A stretch of DNA of 64,000 nucleotides from Bacteroidetes bacterium GWF2_38_335 (GTDB taxonomy: Bacteria > Bacteroidota > Bacteroidia > Bacteroidales > GWF2-38-335). Below are positions 1-8,759 of this stretch, in pieces. The stretch spans positions 128,414-192,413 of the forward strand of contig MEOH01000010.1 in NCBI GenBank assembly GCA_001769535.1. Direction: 5' to 3'. The first letter of the stretch is position 1. The number at the start of each line of letters is the position of its first letter. The translations under genes and the position numbers were made by a program. The notes beneath the pieces were generated by a model. The model was not told where the DNA came from, searched no databases, and was given only the letters and a program-made list of their open reading frames with translations.

Positions 1-3000
1 TCAGAAAGGACATGAGTAATTCGAATTGATTTTCCGAGCACATCTTCCTTATTGTAACCGAATATTTTTTCGGCACCCGGACTAAATTCCAGGATTTTGG
101 GATCATCAGACATGTCGGTCATTATAAAGGAAACATTTTCGGCTGATCTGATAATTGTTTTAAGTTTTTCCTCATTATTTCGCAGTGCTGTTTCGGCTTC
201 GATACGATCAGTAATATCTTTGTTGATTCCACGGTAACCTTCGAGCTGTCCTTTGTCATTGAAAAATGGAATGGCGGTTATTTCAAAGAAAAGTTTTGTG
301 CCATCTTTGGCAATCAGACTGTTTACAGCATCTTTGATGGGAATATTTTTTTTGAAAGCCTTTTGATAAATCACGCGTGCTTCGCCGGCTTCCTCTTCGG
401 GCAATAAGTCAAATATTTCACGTCCAATAATTTCTTTTTCTTTATAGCCGAGTAATTGTCTAATTTTTGGTGAAACTTCAGTAAACTTAGCTTTATCGTC
501 AATTTCCCAAATAATATCGGAAGAAAGTTCAAGAAGGTTTCTAAGTCTTTCTTCTGATTTGATAAGTGCTTTTTCAGCTTTTCTTTTTTCGGTAATATCT
601 TTAAAAAAACCGACAAGCAATTCGTTGCCACCAATATTTATCTTGTTTGATTCAATGTCGCAGATAATTAGCTCCCCATTTTTTTTGATAACCGGAATAT
701 CCTTGGCTAGCGGTTCGCCATTGATTTGTTTCTGAATACACTCCATTACGTATGGAAGTGATTCCTTTGGGTGAAACTTTGAAACATTGAGTGAAAGAAT
801 CTCATCCATGGTGTACCCGGTGATTTCGAGAATTCTGGGATTGGCAAAAACAAATTTGCGACCGTTTAAATCGGTGGCTAAAATTCCGTCGGTTGCATTT
901 TCAAAAATGGCTTTAAAACGGGTTTCGCTTTCACGCAGAGCCTGCTCTGCTTCTACTCTTGCGGAAATATCCTTTACAGCAGTTACCCGAACTTGTTTGC
1001 CCTTGTATTCATACATTTTACCCTGGAATTCAACAGGCACAATAGTATTATTTTTTGTAAAAACAGCAGCCTCATAGGGGTGTTCGTAATTGGCCATCAT
1101 ATTCTTGATTACCAACTCGCTATATTGAGGTGGAATGTACTTTGTTACATCAACCCCGATTAGCTCTTCAGCATTTTTAAATCCCAGAAGTCTGACTGCA
1201 GCGTTGTTTATTTCGATAATTTTCCCCCGTTCGGTAAAAATAAGCGCCTCAAATGCGGCGTCAGATAAGGCTTTGTTTTTCTCTTCAATATTTTTTCTGT
1301 CAGTGAGGTCATGAAATACTCCATAAGATCCGGAGAAATTCCCATTTTCATCAAAGGTGCCAACCACTTTAAGTTCCCCATAAATTTTTTCTCCATTCTT
1401 TTTCAACCATACAGTTTCGTAGTCAACACGCCCTTCTTTGACCAGAGTGCTGTGCTTGAAGTTGGAAAATTTATCTGCAACCTCATCTGGATGAAAAAAA
1501 TCGGAAACATGTCTTCCGATTACTTCTGAGGAGTCATAACCCAAAATTTCACAGAAGGATTTATTGACATAAACAAGTTTCAGGTCTTTATCGGCAATAT
1601 TCATCATATCACTGGCGGTTTCCATAAAGGATCTGAACTTTACCTCACTTTCTTTAAGAGCTTCTTCATTTTCGATTCTGCTGGTTATATTATGGATATA
1701 TCCCTCAAGGTAAATGAGTTCGCCTTTTTCATCATATACCGGCCCGCCGAATTCTTCAACCCAAATATAGTGTCCTTTTTTGTGTTTAATTCTGTAAAAA
1801 AGGTAGAAGGATTTCTTTTCACTGACAGCTTTATTTACAGTATCATATATTTTTTGAAGATCATCAGGATGATAAATATCTGTGAAATTTAGTTTTCCTG
1901 TCATGAATATCTCTTTTGGATATCCTGTGAGGTTTTCCACTTCATCATTCAAAAACAACATTGAATAATTAAGGTCATTATTGCACAGATAAATAACTCC
2001 CGGCATATTTTCGGCGAGCATCCTGAACTTTCTTTCGTTTTCTTCGAGTCGGGCAAAAAACTGCTTTCTTTCAGTGATATCAATAATAAAACCCCTGAAA
2101 CCTATCAGTTTGTCATCTGAGTAAATAGGGGCAGGATATACAAGGACAGGAAATGTTTTTTTATCTTTTTTGCAGGCAATATACTCAACGTTATCAATAT
2201 TACTTCCCTTAATAAGTTTCTTAAAGTTATCATTTACCCTTTTAAGCTCAATTTCCGGAAACAACTGTGTAATAGTCAGTCCTTTTTCATAATCGGGGAT
2301 GGTGTATCCAAAGCATTTCAGACCATTGTCATTGATAAACCGGATATTTCCTTCGAGATCTATTTCGAAAACTGTCTGTGGTAATAAATTGGCGATATCC
2401 TTAAACCGCTTTTCACTTTCTGCAATTTTCTGTTCCTTGACTCTGATTTCAGTTATATCTCTTGACATGCTTGCCAAAAAAACCTCATTATTTACTTCAA
2501 TGATATTTACTACTGACTGTATCCATTTATAGCCCGATTTAGTTTTAATCATATTGGTTGTGAACTCACCAACTTGCGAGCTGTCTTTTTTCTTCAGAAT
2601 TCCATTAATCTTTCTTTTATAATAATCAGCAGTAATTGTAGCTTTATTGAAATCAGGGGTCATATTGTAATGAGTGTCCCACATATAATTACCAAGAACC
2701 TCTTCTCTTGATAATTCAAAAATAATTTCAGAAGCTCTGTTCCATTCGACAATTTTTCCCTGATTATCTATCAAAACCACCGAGTCGAGCGATTGCTGTA
2801 AAAAGCTGCGGTACTTTGTTTCATTATATACCAACTCATCCTTGATCTTTTTTCTTTCAGTGATGTCATTGAAAATAACCTGAATAGCTATCTTTCCTTT
2901 AAATTTTATTGCTGAAGCAGCTACTTCAACATCTCTGTACTCGCCTGAAGAGATAATAAATTTTTCTTCGTAAATATCAGCTTTTCCTTTTTCTGAAAGA

Positions 3001-3755
3001 ATTTTCCCAATTCTTTCTCTGGCAGCAGGGATTGAGTCGGGATGAACAAAGCTTATAACTGGTTTTCCAATCAGGTTATTATAATCCGGGTTACCAAAAA
3101 AGTTTACTGCAGCCTGATTTGCCATTTCAAGAATGCCTTCACAATGAACAACAATTGGAAGAGGTGAAATGTCAAACAGATTTTGATATTTTTCTTCTGA
3201 ATCCTGGACTTCCTGTGTTTTTAAAAGGGTTTCATCAAGAGTAGACCTTAATTCTTCGTTTTGGGAAGCATATTCTTCATTTAGAGAAGTATATTCCTCA
3301 TTTTGTTTTTTTAAAAGTTCTTCGGCTTTTTTAGAAACAGTTACATCTTCAATAATACCAATTCCTTCATTAATTTTTCCGGATTCATTTTTAATGCCTC
3401 TGAAAATGGCAATGACCGGAGTGGTTTTTTTTGCGGTAATTGATTTGTATTCACCATCATAATATCCGGTTCCTGATTTCAATGATCTTTTTATTTCCTC
3501 AATAATCTGTTTATTGTCAAGGCGGTTTAACATATCCAGTCCGACAAGTGCCTCTCGGGATGAACCAATGATTTCAACGAACTTATCATTGCAGTCGGTG
3601 ATTACACCTTCTGAATTATAGTGGAAAAGTCCAATTGGCGAGTGTTCATATATTGTCTGGTAAACAGGATAGACCTGTTTTTTCAACTCCATATTTTCTT
3701 TTTCCAGTCGCTTTATCTTTTCAAGCAGCTCTTTTTCGGACAGGTTTTTATCCAT
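1..3755 (-). CDS. Multi-PAS/PAC sensor protein; about 1251 N-terminal aa are visible and the C-terminal output domain lies beyond the window edge
   Basis: Own translation of the minus strand. ATG at 3755-3753 (MDKNLSEKELLEKIKRLEKENMELKK...) with no in-frame stop down to base 1. At least nine PAS/PAC units end in DIT(E/D)RK-like motifs (FNDITERKK, IIDITERKQ, FHDLTDRKN, FKDITEKRK, NKDITDRIE). It is missing from the ORF track only because it has no stop codon inside the window. Confidence 0.85.
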   Translation of the reverse strand, partial: MDKNLSEKELLEKIKRLEKENMELKKQVYPVYQTIYEHSPIGLFHYNSEGVITDCNDKFVEIIGSSREALVGLDMLNRLDNKQIIEEIKRSLKSGTGYYDGEYKSITAKKTTPVIAIFRGIKNESGKINEGIGIIEDVTVSKKAEELLKKQNEEYTSLNEEYASQNEELRSTLDETLLKTQEVQDSEEKYQNLFDISPLPIVVHCEGILEMANQAAVNFFGNPDYNNLIGKPVISFVHPDSIPAARERIGKILSEKGKADIYEEKFIISSGEYRDVEVAASAIKFKGKIAIQVIFNDITERKKIKDELVYNETKYRSFLQQSLDSVVLIDNQGKIVEWNRASEIIFELSREEVLGNYMWDTHYNMTPDFNKATITADYYKRKINGILKKKDSSQVGEFTTNMIKTKSGYKWIQSVVNIIEVNNEVFLASMSRDITEIRVKEQKIAESEKRFKDIANLLPQTVFEIDLEGNIRFINDNGLKCFGYTIPDYEKGLTITQLFPEIELKRVNDNFKKLIKGSNIDNVEYIACKKDKKTFPVLVYPAPIYSDDKLIGFRGFIIDITERKQFFARLEENERKFRMLAENMPGVIYLCNNDLNYSMLFLNDEVENLTGYPKEIFMTGKLNFTDIYHPDDLQKIYDTVNKAVSEKKSFYLFYRIKHKKGHYIWVEEFGGPVYDEKGELIYLEGYIHNITSRIENEEALKESEVKFRSFMETASDMMNIADKDLKLVYVNKSFCEILGYDSSEVIGRHVSDFFHPDEVADKFSNFKHSTLVKEGRVDYETVWLKKNGEKIYGELKVVGTFDENGNFSGSYGVFHDLTDRKNIEEKNKALSDAAFEALIFTERGKIIEINNAAVRLLGFKNAEELIGVDVTKYIPPQYSELVIKNMMANYEHPYEAAVFTKNNTIVPVEFQGKMYEYKGKQVRVTAVKDISARVEAEQALRESETRFKAIFENATDGILATDLNGRKFVFANPRILEITGYTMDEILSLNVSKFHPKESLPYVMECIQKQINGEPLAKDIPVIKKNGELIICDIESNKINIGGNELLVGFFKDITEKRKAEKALIKSEERLRNLLELSSDIIWEIDDKAKFTEVSPKIRQLLGYKEKEIIGREIFDLLPEEEAGEARVIYQKAFKKNIPIKDAVNSLIAKDGTKLFFEITAIPFFNDKGQLEGYRGINKDITDRIEAETALRNNEEKLKTIIRSAENVSFIMTDMSDDPKILEFSPGAEKIFGYNKEDVLGKSIRITHVLS

Positions 3756-3812
3756 AATTTTTTAGGTTGGTTCAATAAAAATATGAAAAAAAAACCAGTT
3801 GTCCAAAATCAA

Positions 3813-3847
3813 TGAAAAACCCGGATATGTTTTATACAATCCGGGTT
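3813..3847 (-). terminator. Rho-independent terminator candidate downstream of the 3870..5192 gene
   Basis: On the minus strand, AACCCGGA-N14-TCCGGGTT hairpin followed by a short T run, about 25-55 nt past the stop at 3870. Confidence 0.55.
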
Positions 3848-3869
3848 GAAAATTTAGTTCGATTTTAGT

Positions 3870-5192
3870 TTACTCTTTTATAATTTTCTGTGAATATGTT
3901 TTCCCTTGTTTACTGAAATTCAAAATGTAGCATCCTGCAGGAAAGGAGGTAAGGTCAATTTTGTAATTTCCAGATATATTGTATTCCAAAATAGCGATTT
4001 CCCTGCCTGTAAGATCTGAAATTGAAATTTTGGAAATATGCTCTTCAGAAGGAATAACAATCTCTAGAGTATTTTGCACCGGGTTTGGATACACGATTAA
4101 TCTGTTTTCTGTCAGATGGTATACATGACTGGCAATAACAATATTCAGGGTGTCTGACATTGTTTCTGAAAAGCAGGTGTTGGAGACCGTTTGATCAACA
4201 ATGTACTCGCCTTCGGTTGAATAGGTATACACGGGGTTTTGATCGACCGAAGTGCTTCCGTCTCCAAAATTCCATAAATAACTATCACCATTGATCGAAA
4301 TGTCGGTAAAGTTTACAGTTCCTTCATCTGCGGTAAAATTGAAGCCTGCAAAAACCATATTTCCGGAATTATACCAGCTGGGCCATTCCAGGTTATAATT
4401 AATTCCGGTATAAGTGTCATTAAATAAAAAATTGTAATCATCATTGCTGACCACGTAGTCAGCAACCAGTTGAAGGTAAGTTGCAACATCTGCATTTAAA
4501 GAACCAATATACGTTGCTCCGGCAGGCGATTTTTTGAACATCGTTCTGTAAAGTACGCATGCAGTGAGGTATGTTCCTGCTATAGAGGGATGACTGTTAT
4601 CACCGGAATATAAATTTATCAGTGAATCGGGATCGTTATCCATGCAGTATTTCCAGGCAAGGCCTACCGGTGATACAGTAGAGGAATTTTGCTCAGTCAT
4701 TGTCATGTATCCGGCCATTAGTCTTTCCTGCATTCCAAGGAACGTGCATACAGGAGGCCATCCGGCGCAATTCATTTCATCGCCGTATTTTCTTCCCCAT
4801 GTCATGAAAAAAACTGTTTCGGTACATGGATTGTTTGATTTTATTGAATCATTCAAAATTGTTGCATAAGGATAAACTTCAGATTCTACTTGTGATGGGG
4901 GCCAGCTGGGTTCCTGACTTTGAGCCTGTAAAATTACAAAATCCCAGTCGTCCTGACTTATTTTTGCAAGTGTGGTTGCGTTGGTTGCATGGTTTAGAAA
5001 CCGGTATCCACCCGGGGTATTTTGATCGGTTGTAATTGTATCGCCCAAAGATAAAGCAAGATTTTTAAGAACTGTTGGGAGGTCATTTGTGTAAACATAG
5101 CTGTTTCCAATAAACAGGATTTTTGTTTTCTGACCAAAGGTCAATACTGTTGAAATGAAGAGGAGTGCGGAAATAATGAATATTTTTTTCAT
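3870..5192 (-). CDS. Secreted SGNH/DUF4886-like hydrolase-fold protein with a PKD-like unit and a T9SS type A C-terminal sorting domain
   Basis: ORF track, 440 aa. Signal peptide MKKIFIISALLFISTVLTFGQ. N-terminal KILFIGNSYVYTNDLP block. PKD-like WNFGDGSTSVDQNPVYTY. C-terminus LIVYPNPVQNTLEI...GCYILNF...KIIKE is typical of T9SS type A CTDs. Confidence 0.7.
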   Translation of the reverse strand: MKKIFIISALLFISTVLTFGQKTKILFIGNSYVYTNDLPTVLKNLALSLGDTITTDQNTPGGYRFLNHATNATTLAKISQDDWDFVILQAQSQEPSWPPSQVESEVYPYATILNDSIKSNNPCTETVFFMTWGRKYGDEMNCAGWPPVCTFLGMQERLMAGYMTMTEQNSSTVSPVGLAWKYCMDNDPDSLINLYSGDNSHPSIAGTYLTACVLYRTMFKKSPAGATYIGSLNADVATYLQLVADYVVSNDDYNFLFNDTYTGINYNLEWPSWYNSGNMVFAGFNFTADEGTVNFTDISINGDSYLWNFGDGSTSVDQNPVYTYSTEGEYIVDQTVSNTCFSETMSDTLNIVIASHVYHLTENRLIVYPNPVQNTLEIVIPSEEHISKISISDLTGREIAILEYNISGNYKIDLTSFPAGCYILNFSKQGKTYSQKIIKE

Positions 5193-5331
5193 ATGAAATA
5201 AATTTGGTTAAAACTGCCATAATGACGAAGGGATTTATAAATGGTTGCTTTTTTAAAATGGATAAAATAGATAAAGCAGATGAATTTCGGATTAGGTCTT
5301 TAAGTTTATGAAAATCATTTACATATGGTGT

Positions 5332-5361
5332 AAAAAAAAGCTATCCGGGAGCCCGGATAGC
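5332..5361 (-). terminator. Rho-independent terminator candidate (minus strand)
   Basis: Minus strand reads GCTATCCGG-GCTC-CCGGATAGC followed by T8. It lies about 200 nt downstream of the response-regulator stop and upstream of the 5192 start. Confidence 0.55.
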
Positions 5362-5487
5362 AGAAGATTCACCAAATTAAGCTTATTTCACAGAAATAAA
5401 GAAATATAACTTTGACCTATAAAAAATGGTAAGTGCTCCAAAAGTACAGCTTGAGCTGTTGAAATGGAATACCCTTATTTTTGTATT

Positions 5488-5515
5488 TTTTTATCAGTAT
5501 TAATACTGATAAAAA
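5488..5515. repeat. Perfect 28-bp palindrome TTTTTATCAGTATTAATACTGATAAAAA
   Basis: Read directly; the symmetry centre is between 5501 and 5502. It sits about 50 nt downstream of the response-regulator stop codon. Function unknown (AT-rich hairpin or dimeric protein site). Confidence 0.8.
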
Positions 5516-5563
5516 TAAATCAGAAAATGTAAATGTTTGTTGTTCAGAAGAGATAAAGAACTA

Positions 5564-6223
5564 CTAAATATCCACGAGTTTATTTTTGATTGCAAATTTT
5601 ACCAAATCCACTGTGTTTTTCAGTTCAAGTTTGTACATGATATTGTTCTTATGCGTTTCAACGGTTCTGAAACTAATAAACAACTCTTCGGCAATTTCCT
5701 TGTAAGTATGTCCCTCTGCAATGAGTTTCAATATTTCTATTTCTCTTTTTGTGAGGCCGTCAACTTTTTTCTCAGAGAATTTCTCCTGTTTTTTATCTTT
5801 TTCTATGTAATTTATTAATAGTGTGTTAGAGATGGAATCACTGAGAACTTTTTCGCCTTCCATAACTCTTCTAATGGCATCAATTATTTGCTCTCTGCTG
5901 GCATCCTTTGACAAATATCCGTTTGCACCTGCTTTAATGGCGTCAAAAATTGATTCTTCGTTGATGTTTGCCGAAAAGATGATTATTTTGATTTTGGGAT
6001 ACTCTACCCTGATAAGCCGTGTCATTTCAACACCGGATTTTTTTGGAAGAGAAAGGTCCATCATTATAAGATCAGGGGTAAGATATTTTAACTTTTTCAG
6101 CAGCATATCCCCATCACAGGCATCTTCGATTACTTCAATATCCTCAACGCCCTTAAGCACAGTTCTTATTCCATTTATGACCACTTCATGATCATCTACA
6201 AGCATAATTTTAATCTTCTTCAT
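5564..6223 (-). CDS. NarL/FixJ-family response regulator (REC + LuxR-type HTH)
   Basis: ORF track, 219 aa. N-terminus KIMLVDDHEVV and phospho-acceptor context IMMDLSLP. C-terminus LTKREIEILKLIAEGHTYKEIAEELFISFRTVETHKNNIMYKL. Confidence 0.9.
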   Translation of the reverse strand: MKKIKIMLVDDHEVVINGIRTVLKGVEDIEVIEDACDGDMLLKKLKYLTPDLIMMDLSLPKKSGVEMTRLIRVEYPKIKIIIFSANINEESIFDAIKAGANGYLSKDASREQIIDAIRRVMEGEKVLSDSISNTLLINYIEKDKKQEKFSEKKVDGLTKREIEILKLIAEGHTYKEIAEELFISFRTVETHKNNIMYKLELKNTVDLVKFAIKNKLVDI

Positions 6224-6302
6224 GGTGTTCCTTTAAAAAAGTATAATTCGAAAATAACTAACATTGAGCAGAATACAAAATCTTTGTTGTAAAAAATAAA
6301 AA

Positions 6303-8663
6303 TTAAAAAAACTTCTGCAGGGTAAATTTAAATGACGTGCCCTTATTTAATTCACTGATTACAAATATCTTGCCTTCATTTTTTTCAACAAATTCCTTGC
6401 ATAAAATCAATCCGATTCCGGTTCCCTTTTCATTTGATGTTCCATAAGTCGAATGGGTTTCATCAATTCTGAAGAGTTTGTGCATGTCTTCATCGCTGAT
6501 TCCCACTCCGGTATCCTTAACTTCCACTTCGATGAAATCGCCCTTTATTTTGGTGTTAATAAAAACCTTACCTTCTTTTGGTGTAAACTTTATTGAGTTT
6601 GAAAGCAGGTTTCTGACAACCGTATCAATCATATTCCGGTCACAATATACATAGGTTGCTTCTACAGAATTATCAACGATTTCGATGGATTTATTTTTCG
6701 CATTAATATTAATCAGCTCAATATTTTCGGTAATTATCCTTTTCAGATCAAATTTTCCGGGGTTGAAGAAAATATTTCCCGATTGAATTCGCGACCATTG
6801 TAACACATTTTCAAGCAGATTGAACAAGAGCTTAGCCGAATTGTTCATCAGATGAATGGAATTGAGTTTTTCTTCCTCGGTATAACTATTGAATTTCAGG
6901 GAAAGAATTTCTGTTATTTGCTGGAAGCCGGCCAATGGACTTTTTAGGTCGTGGGCAACAATTGAGAAAAACTTATCTTTCATTTTATTTACTTCCTGAA
7001 GTTTTTCATAAGCTATATTGAGCTCCTGATTTTTCTCTTTAATTTTTTCTTCAGCCAGTTTAATTTTGTCAATATTGGAAACTATTGCTACTATCCGGTG
7101 CAGTTTTCCTTCGGAGTCGAAAATTGGCGTAATGGTGGTTTGCAACCATAATTTGCCATACCTGACATTATAGTGTGAGATATAAGTAATGGATTTTTTA
7201 TCACGAATACACTCATCAAGAATGTCATTAATATTAGGTGATGAACTGACAGTCCTTAGATTTGTTCCTCCCTTTGCTTTGATAAATTCGTCAAATGTAT
7301 ATCCATAAAGTCTGACAAACCCTTCATTCACCCATTCGAAGTTTGCTTTGGAATCCATGATCATAACCGCATTATCAGTTTCACGGGCAACAATAGAGAA
7401 TTTTTCTAATTCATCTGATTGCTTTATTAAGCTTTTTTCTGATTCCTTCAGTTTCTCATAAGCGGCATTAAGTTCGGCATTAGCCTGCATCAGTTCCTCT
7501 TCAGCCTTTTTAATTTTATCAATATTTGAAACGATAGTGACAATTTTATGCAGTTTTCCCTCTTGATTGAATATTGGTGTAATGGTTGTTTGCATCCATA
7601 ACTTTTTGAAGCGTGCGGAGTAATGAGATATGTATGTCATGGATTTTTTGTCTCGGGCACATTCCTCAAGAATCTCATTAATATTGGGAGCCGAACTCAC
7701 TACCCTGAGGTTGCGCCCGCCTTTTGCTTTAATAAATTCTTCAAGTGTATATCCATAAAGTCTGACAAACCCTTCATTTACCCATTCGAAATTTGCCTCG
7801 GAATCAAGTATCATTACAGCATTATCTGTTTCACGGGCAACAATGGATAATTTTTCAAGCTCATCACTCTGCTTTTTCAAGTTGGACTCTGATGCAATAA
7901 GCAGTCTGTTCGCCTTTTCTAACTCTTCATTTTTTGAAATAATTTCTTCTTCAACATTTTTTAGCTTGTTGATATTTGACTCGATGCCAACAAGCTTGGT
8001 GATTTTACCTGTTTTATCTAAAATTGGAGTCAGGGTAGTTTGTAACCATATTTTTCCTTCAGTTGTTTCAAATTCAGCCGTATAAGTTACGCTTTTCTTG
8101 TTTTCAAAGCATTCCTTGTGCAGGTTTTTAATATCAGGATTTGAGCTTATTTCAAGCAGATTTCGTCCTTTTCTATTCTTGAATTCTTCAAAGTTCAGTC
8201 CATACACCTTTTCAAATCCTTCATTTACCCATTCCAAATCTGCTTTTTCATCCATTATAAAAACTGCATTGTCGGTTTGTCTTGCAATAATTGACATCTT
8301 TTCGAGTTCAGTGGACTGTTCCTGAAGTTTTTCCTGAAGCTTTTTTCTGATCCTTGAACGGCTGAACAAAAGGTAAATAATTAATAATATCGATATGCAG
8401 ATGGCTATTGTAAAATGAGTGGCGAATAAAGTCCGGCTGTTTTCTTTTACCAATTCAAGTTCCTTGATTTTTCTTTCTTTTCGTTTGATCTCTCTGCTGA
8501 ATTCATCCTGGGCGGCATATTTAAATACCGATGATGAATCTGATAATACTGTTGTATCCTGCAAATTTATGGTCGAAGCATTATTGGTCAGGGTTTTGTC
8601 AGCCGAACTGTATGTGTTTGGTGAAATAAGTATTAAAAGGAGTATATAAATTATTAACTTCAT
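6303..8663 (-). CDS. Sensor histidine kinase with three tandem PAS units (HisKA + HATPase_c)
   Basis: ORF track gives 799 aa from TTG at 8702. I prefer ATG at 8663 (MKLIIYILLLILIS...) because 8701-8737 is the terminator of the upstream gene. H-box FSIVAHDLKSPL, N-box NLLSNSIKFT, G-boxes DTGVGI and GTGIGL. Three PAS units of about 150 aa. Confidence 0.88.
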   Translation of the reverse strand: MKLIIYILLLILISPNTYSSADKTLTNNASTINLQDTTVLSDSSSVFKYAAQDEFSREIKRKERKIKELELVKENSRTLFATHFTIAICISILLIIYLLFSRSRIRKKLQEKLQEQSTELEKMSIIARQTDNAVFIMDEKADLEWVNEGFEKVYGLNFEEFKNRKGRNLLEISSNPDIKNLHKECFENKKSVTYTAEFETTEGKIWLQTTLTPILDKTGKITKLVGIESNINKLKNVEEEIISKNEELEKANRLLIASESNLKKQSDELEKLSIVARETDNAVMILDSEANFEWVNEGFVRLYGYTLEEFIKAKGGRNLRVVSSAPNINEILEECARDKKSMTYISHYSARFKKLWMQTTITPIFNQEGKLHKIVTIVSNIDKIKKAEEELMQANAELNAAYEKLKESEKSLIKQSDELEKFSIVARETDNAVMIMDSKANFEWVNEGFVRLYGYTFDEFIKAKGGTNLRTVSSSPNINDILDECIRDKKSITYISHYNVRYGKLWLQTTITPIFDSEGKLHRIVAIVSNIDKIKLAEEKIKEKNQELNIAYEKLQEVNKMKDKFFSIVAHDLKSPLAGFQQITEILSLKFNSYTEEEKLNSIHLMNNSAKLLFNLLENVLQWSRIQSGNIFFNPGKFDLKRIITENIELININAKNKSIEIVDNSVEATYVYCDRNMIDTVVRNLLSNSIKFTPKEGKVFINTKIKGDFIEVEVKDTGVGISDEDMHKLFRIDETHSTYGTSNEKGTGIGLILCKEFVEKNEGKIFVISELNKGTSFKFTLQKFF

Positions 8664-8700
8664 TAATGGCAATATTAACCAAAAGTAATGAGAGTTTATC

Positions 8701-8737
8701 AAAAAAAAAAGAAGTCGTACGTTTTTCGTACAACTTC
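8701..8737 (-). terminator. Rho-independent terminator of the 8760..13118 gene
   Basis: Minus strand reads GAAGTTGTACG-AAAAA-CGTACGACTTC (11-bp stem, one wobble or mismatch) followed by T10. It starts about 22 nt after the stop at 8760. Confidence 0.7.
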
Positions 8738-8759
8738 TTATATCAATGAATAAATAAAA

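Noticed and set aside
1-3800. The absence of any long ORF in the track suggested a pseudogene, recoding or an alternative genetic code.
   Set aside because: Hand translation shows a continuous standard-code ORF from 3755 to the window edge. The track simply omits ORFs without a stop inside the window.
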